Assembly: GCA_964016885.1 (NCBI GenBank) | Contig: OZ024742.1 | Coordinates: forward strand, 20,274,001 to 20,338,000 | Length of the DNA stretch: 64,000 nucleotides | Direction of reading: 5' to 3' | Source of the DNA: Eledone cirrhosa | Lineage: Eukaryota | Shown here: positions 57,808 to 64,000 of the stretch, in pieces | How the letters are laid out: each line of letters opens with the position of its first letter | Numbering within the stretch: the stretch's first letter is position 1 | Translations under genes and position numbers: made by a program | The notes under the pieces: generated by a model | What the model saw: only the letters and a program-made list of their open reading frames with translations | The model's database searches: none | What the model was told of the DNA's origin: nothing

Positions 57808-58100
57808 CTATATATATATATTTATATCTATATATATATATTTATATCTATATATATATATTTATATCTATATATATATATTTATATGTGAGAAAAACCA
57901 CAGACCCTCCATCTCAACTCACCTTTTGAAAAGCAGAAGAACTGCGAAACCGGTAAAGGAACCAAATAAATATATATATTTTTTTTTTTTTAAATAAGAC
58001 TTCAGTTGCATTTTCGATTTCATCCCTTTTTCTTTATACTTCCACTCGTGTAGGACACCTCGGTTATTTTTCATTTTGTAAAAAAAACCTCACTTTCTAA
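57169..58100. mobile_element. Inverted pair of a ~210-bp element (57169-57377 minus; 57888-58100 plus) with a partial third arm at 57408-57490; degenerate HHR
   Basis: CCTT TTGAAAA GCAG-AAGAA-CTGC GAAA CCGG TA AAGG; a further copy at 61662-61803. Confidence 0.75.
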
Positions 58101-58118
58101 TATATATTTATATATATA

Positions 58119-58164
<46 letters not shown>

Positions 58165-58293
58165 CATTTATTTATATACATATATATATATATATATACA
58201 TACACACATTTATTTATATATATATATATACATATATACATACACACATTTATTTACATTTATACATATATATACACACATTTATTTATATTT

Positions 58294-58460
58294 AAGTATG
58301 ACCCCGACGCAGAGCTCAAGCCGTTTCGACGGCTATTTCAAAACGGCTTGAGCTCTGCCGTCGGGGTCATACTTTTTCCTATTTCCCAGTCTACTACCCT
58401 AAGTATTGAGTACTCTGGTGCGTTATGGTCCATCTGGTTCCTTACCACAATTCCTTTGTT
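58294..58460 (+). mobile_element. Palindromic half-HHR element, same subfamily as 13552-13744
   Basis: AAGTATGACCCCGACG...CGTCGGGGTCATACTT plus a GTATTGAGTAC tail. Confidence 0.8.
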
Positions 58461-58507
58461 ATATATAAACAAATGTATATATATATATATATATACATTT
58501 GTTTATA

Positions 58508-58558
<51 letters not shown>

Positions 58559-58562
<4 letters not shown>

Positions 58563-58744
58563 AAGGCATACCATAATTTAATTTGGTATCCCTGAAATAT
58601 GTATAATGAAATAAATATGGTTTTATAAATATAGTTTCCATTTATTAATATCGTATATCTACTCCAAATACTTGTCGAGTGCTTTATATCAGTTATAAAA
58701 ATATTTACTTGTTGTATCCCAACAATTTTAAATAGAACTTTTGC
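58559..58744 (+). mobile_element. PLE tail (family of 56080-56344) truncated inside the HHR core
   Basis: Starts at GATGAAGGC-ATACCA-loop-TGGTAT-CCCTGAAA and is colinear with 56158-56344. Confidence 0.75.
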
Positions 58745-58941
58745 ATATATATATATATATATATATATACATTTGTTTATATTAATATATATATATATAT
58801 ATATAATTGGTGTTGGATGCTTGCGGTTTACGGAGTCAGTTTCGATTATCACATCGATCGTACCTCGAGCTGGTCGCCAGAGAAACGATTATAATATGTC
58901 CAATAAATTCCATTCGTTGCAACACTGATTCGCTTTTTTTG

Positions 58942-59069
<128 letters not shown>

Positions 59070-59171
59070 ATAAATCAAGACGGAATCAGTTTGAAACTGG
59101 TTAGACCATTTCTCAACAGAGTACTCAATACTTGGCGTAGTAGAGTAGGGTTATATATTCATACATACACA

Positions 59172-59202
<31 letters not shown>

Positions 59203-59205
<3 letters not shown>

Positions 59206-59852
59206 GACGTGAGGTATATGATTTTTAATGCAATGAAATATCTATGATCGTCGGCAAATCACTGATGAGGGACTCATTTTATAACATTTTATCCATGTGC
59301 AACCTGCAATATTCTTCTCCCCATTTTTTCACATATATTTACCTAAACTGCGATTCTGTTTTTCTCTCTCTCTCTCTCTTACTGCTCCCTCGTTCTCTCT
59401 GTTTCTCCTACTTTCTTTCGCCCCCTCTGTCATGTCAGTTAATTCTTCCTCACACTTCCACTCACTCACTCACTGTTTCTCCCCTTCTCACTTCACCCCG
59501 TTCGCGACGAATACATTTTCCTTCTTTCTTACATTTGGATTCATCTCGAAAGGTCTTTTTTCTAAACGCTCATATATTCACCTAGCTTATGCTAACAGAA
59601 TAACTATGTAGCTTGTTCCCTTCCTCTCTACGGTTAGCTTTCCTCTTTGTTGTTTACTTGTCTCACTCGCTTTACGCGTTTTAATTGTCCTAATAACTTA
59701 ATTTAGTTATTATTGCACCGACGTGAGGTATATGATTTTTAATGCAATGAAATATCTATGATCGTCGGCAAATCACTGATGAGGGACTCATTTTATAACA
59801 TGTTATCCATGTGCAACCTGTAGTATTCTTCTCCCCATTTTTTCACATATAT
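59203..59852. mobile_element. ~650-bp element bounded by 136-bp direct repeats (offset 514 bp)
   Basis: ACCGACGTGAGG...TTTTCACATAT at 59203-59338 and 59717-59852; (TA)n flanks. Confidence 0.7.
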
Positions 59853-59870
59853 ATATATATATATATAATA

Positions 59871-60170
59871 CAAGGACGATTTGTTAAGCCTTCATTACGT
59901 TTATTGATTGGTGACGCGTGTTTCGCTATTGTTCAGCTCTAAATTCGATTTGTATCGATCTGGCCCGACTCTAGAATCAAAAGCTCCTCGGACCTCTGAT
60001 GTTGTAATGACAGAATATGTTGTTATTCTATCATTACAACAGCAGAGGTCCAATGAGCTTTTGATTCCTGAGTCAGGTCAGATCGATACAGATCGTACTC
60101 TGCGCTGAACAATAAAAAAACGCGCGTCACCAATCAATAAACGTAATGAAGGCTTAACAAATCGCCCTTG
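59871..60170. mobile_element. Fold-back MITE with TA flanks (Tc1/mariner-type target)
   Basis: TA|CAAGGACGATTTGTTAAGCCTTCATTACG ... CGTAATGAAGGCTTAACAAATCGCCCTTG|TA; imperfect palindrome along its whole length. Confidence 0.8.
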
Positions 60171-60490
60171 TATTATTATATTATTATAATACACTCTGTC
60201 TACCTCTACACCTCGCCATTGACGTGAACCTAAACACCGAGAGCTCACCTTGGTGAACCTACAGTAACACATTATGAACCTGAAGATTGCGAAAGCATGA
60301 AAGTACTTGTTCAATTAACACTTAACATTTAATATTCTACCATACTATTTCATTCTAATACCATTATAAATTTGTAAAAAAACGAGTAAATCAGACAAAG
60401 TTAGAATTACTTTTATTAATATAATCTTCTATACACAATCATACACACCCGTGTATATTTATCTCTCTCTCTCTATATATATATATATAT

Positions 60491-60681
60491 AACGAATGAA
60501 ATGTGGTAAAGAACCAGGTGGACATAACGCACGAAAGAACTCATTATTTATGGTAGTAGAGTGGGTAATAGGAACGAGTAGGACCCCGACGGCTGAGCTC
60601 AAGCCGTTTCGACGGCTAATTCTGGAGTCCAGAATTAGCCGTCGAAACGGCTTGAGCTCAGCCGTCGGGGTCCTACTCGTT

Positions 60682-60686
<5 letters not shown>
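60491..60686 (-). mobile_element. Short element with a perfect 119-bp palindrome (60568-60686) built from an HHR 3' half
   Basis: 59-bp arms around a single G at 60627; GAAA CGGCT-TGAGCTC-AGCCG TC GGGGTCC. Confidence 0.85.
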
Positions 60687-60755
<69 letters not shown>

Positions 60756-61661
60756 TAACACCTGCTACTTTAGAAAATAAAAACCCGAACTAAATAAACC
60801 TTAACATACATTTGCGCTGACAATACAACAGAACAAATACGAATAAATGAGGAAAATATGTTCATTCAAAAATATTTCTACTAACGGAATCATTTTCCTA
60901 CACACACGCACCCACACACACACACAAAATATATATTCTCTTCATCTTAACATGCTAACCATACTCCCACACACACATAACACCCCCCCCACCCCCACCC
61001 CCCACACACACAACTCCCTCCCCCATTTTTACTAATAGAATCACTTACCTACACACACACACAACTCCCCCCCCCATTTCTACTAATAGAATTATCTTCC
61101 TATACACACACACAAGCACACAAATAAACATACATATCTCTACTTTCTTTATTTCAATAGAAAGTCTGAATTCTGACACCCCAGCGAACCAGCCATATTC
61201 ACTGAACCAGAACAATTCTCCCATCCTATTTCTCTTGTCCATTATCTTTTGTTTGTCATAACATTCTCTAAAAGGCTACAAAATAAATTCCCAAATACGG
61301 GCTCAAAATTTTATGAACTTGTTCACATAACAGCCATAATTTCATTCATAACCAATCAAATTACATTTATAAACAAAGCCTTCGTGAGCCTCTTTAATTA
61401 AGTAAAAAGAAATCCAAACAAACTGGCGCGAAAGCTGATGTGCTTATTCACGTGACTGCATCAACCAACCAAACTTCACTCATATATGAAAAAACAACCT
61501 GAGCCCACCCCCATTCCTTGTTTGAAGAACTTTGTAACGCGAACTGGCGCGAAATTTATTATAATTATTGAGCAAACAATCAAATTACTTCTCTAAAAAC
61601 CTGGCGTTTTGAGCCACTTTTTTTCCATATAAAACAAGTAACATTCAAAGACCAAACAGAT

Positions 61662-61803
61662 GTGAGAAAAACCACAGACTCTCCATCTCAACTCTACTTT
61701 TGAAAAGCAGAAGAACTGCGAAACCGGTAAAGGAACCAAATAAATATATATATTTTTTTTAAATAAGACTCCAGTTGCATTTTCGATTTCATCTTTTTTT
61801 CTT
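61662..61803 (+). mobile_element. Copy of the 57888-58100 element
   Basis: TGTGAGAAAAACCACAGAC...GCAGAAGAACTGCGAAACCGGTAAAGGAACC. Confidence 0.75.
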
Positions 61804-62615
61804 ATATATATATATATATATACAACCTCTCAATAGCTACACCAAGGCCCTAACCAATTCCCCCTTCGCAGATTCCTAATTTTAATATTATCATCGACTA
61901 TAATTCAATTATACATGTGAGCTTCACATTGTATAGCAGAATATGGCCAACGTGTCGAATGCTACAGATTGCTAATGATATGTGTTTCCCATTGTATCAC
62001 ATGTGATCGATCTATTGTGTCGAGCCCCAAACACTTACATTACTACTATCACCTTACATTTTCCTAAAAATAGAACGAAGGATCCGCTATTAACTCCTCG
62101 GTATAAGGAGTGAGAACTCTGTATAATTAATAAATATTTAGATTAAAATTCAGAATATGAAGTATAGAATAAAACCCAAGTCCACTGCACGTTAACTATA
62201 TGTTTAAACTGTCAGAGCAACTATAGTGTTTGAATTATATTTATCACCATTTTCAAAGGTATAAAATATTAAGAATTTCGAATCGAGATTTATCCAAATT
62301 TCATACATTATTCCTGCATTTAGTTTGAATAGATCTATTATTCCTTTTTTTTTTTTTTTTTCTAAAGTTATATCCGATAGTTCTACGGGTTTGTTGATTT
62401 TCCATAAAGAAATACTGTAATTTCCGACCGAAATATTTATTATTGTTTTGGCAGGCATCAATATCATGAATTAAACTTCGTTATAAAAATATTCTCCCCA
62501 ATTCTAATGAAGCAATATCAGCCACATTTCCTCCTAATCATTGGTCTTAAAACTATTTGACATCTAAATGAGTTTGGTGTTCTCCTATCAATCATAATCT
62601 AATGTTATTTACTAT

Positions 62616-62653
<38 letters not shown>

Positions 62654-62934
62654 CAACTTTCGACAGCAATTCACAGTAATATTTTTCCTTAACTAGAAGA
62701 AAATCGATTTTGGTTTAAGAAGAGTTTGTCAATCAGAAAGAAAAATAAGGTTTTCAATGTACTAAAAACAATTCTATGCACACATTATCATCAAATTACT
62801 CAAGAGTTTATTTTTAGTTATGTTGGGGATTTGTTGTACTTTGGTTGTTTTGTTTTGTCTTTTTGGGGTGGTGGTGGTCAAATCTTCAAATATCTTTATT
62901 TGATTCTCACATTTTAATGTAAACAATGAAGTAA

Positions 62935-63060
62935 AGAATGACAGAATCATTAGAGCGCTGGATAGAATGTTTCCCTGTATTTATTTCAGTTGTATCAGTT
63001 CAAATCCTGTCGAAGTGAACTTTGCCTTTCCTCCTTTCATTTCCTTAAATAAGACATCAG
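62935..63060 (+). mobile_element. Diverged SINE
   Basis: CAGAATCATTAGAGCG...GTTCAAATCCTGTCGAAGTGAACTTTGCCTTTC. Confidence 0.6.
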
Positions 63061-63574
63061 TGGTGGAATATTTAGAGCCTCAAACTAGATACATTGGTGT
63101 ATTTGTTCCAGCTCTTTGTGTTCTAAGTTCTTTGTTCAAGTTTAGTCTTGGATAACAGACTTCCTTTAGACTTATCTAGGTTTGAAATCTGTAAGTGTGA
63201 GAGTCCCAAACGCAGAAAATAACTGTAATAACAATCGATCAATATAAATATTTGAGAAAATTGGGCAAATTGTCGTAAGAGGCAGAACAAAGTAGACAAA
63301 TGTCTATCAGAGCCCCATTCAAGTTGAATACTCCGCTCGTATACGAGATATTGCATGAAGTGATGGTTGTATTGCCTAGATCTACAGAGGAATGTGACTA
63401 CATTCTTTTTTTCCATGTTTCCAATGTTAACACCAACGATCACAAACTAACGAGAGAGTCACTACGTGATCACACACATGTCAACAGTAAATAGATCCTC
63501 CTCATACACCGCACTTTTTTAAACAAAAACAAAGTTTACTTTAGACAATGTAATGCTTACTCTACTGAGTGGAT

Positions 63575-64000
63575 GCAGCGTGGCTGAATGTTAAAGACGT
63601 TTGCTTCACAATTATTAGATATCAGGTTCGATCTCACTGCGTGGTATCTTGGGCAAATGTCATAAACCATACCCTCGGTTTGACCCATGTTTTATCAGTG
63701 CAATTGAGTAGATGGAAGCTGTTTGGAAATCTTTAGTTGGACTCTACCTGAGATGAGGGAGTCATTTCACATTTACTATACCATCGGGTCGACTCCTGCC
63801 TTGTGAGGGAAGTTGGTTAGACGGAAACTGTTCAAAAACTCGATGGATGGACTGTATGTGTAATTAAAAGGGCTAGCCTTGACACACCCTGTGTTAGGCT
63901 GAATCTTCCTGAGAACGGCGTTAAGAGTGATGAGCCCTGCAACTCCCACAAGGGTTAGGGACCATGCATACATCCATGCAACAAGCTAGAAAAGGATTAG
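63575..64000 (+). mobile_element. tRNA-derived SINE remnants
   Basis: GCGTGGCTGAATG (A box), GGTTCGATC (B box), CTTGGGCAAATGTC; repeated GCCTTGTGAG...AGACGGAAACTG-like segment. Confidence 0.55.

Noticed and set aside
63170-63510. Possible mariner remnant (TTGAATACTCCGCTCGTA resembles a TIR end)
   Set aside because: No translatable transposase motif or matching second TIR could be established.

Overview
Gene-free, repeat-saturated eukaryotic (animal) DNA. The SINE families, the TTAA-flanked MITE and the extreme (TA)n/(CA)n content suggest an octopus/coleoid cephalopod; this is an inference. No host exon could be supported, and most listed ORFs are microsatellite translations. Contents: two large minisatellite arrays (27/28 bp at 1-5750; 40 bp at 22861-26412) and tRNA-derived SINEs; MITEs and two RTE LINE 3' fragments; two near-identical CR1/L2-group LINEs (ORF1 with Myb/SANT-like domain, polyQ and two CCCH fingers; ORF2 with APE and RT); and at least four Penelope-like (Naiad-type RT/GIY-YIG) coding fragments embedded in (TA)n. 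The most interesting layer is non-coding. By eye, more than 10 hammerhead ribozyme (HHR) motifs of several families sit in short (TA)n-embedded element tails. Many tails carry fold-back inverted duplications at their 5' ends, some centred on the putative HHR stem II, and some place ribozymes on both strands. The CR1-like LINE has an ATG-less ORF2 in the -1 frame with in-frame U_UUU_UUA and A_AAA_AAC slippery heptamers, predicting an ORF1-ORF2 fusion by ribosomal frameshifting. All folds and alignments were done manually, and boundaries are approximate.
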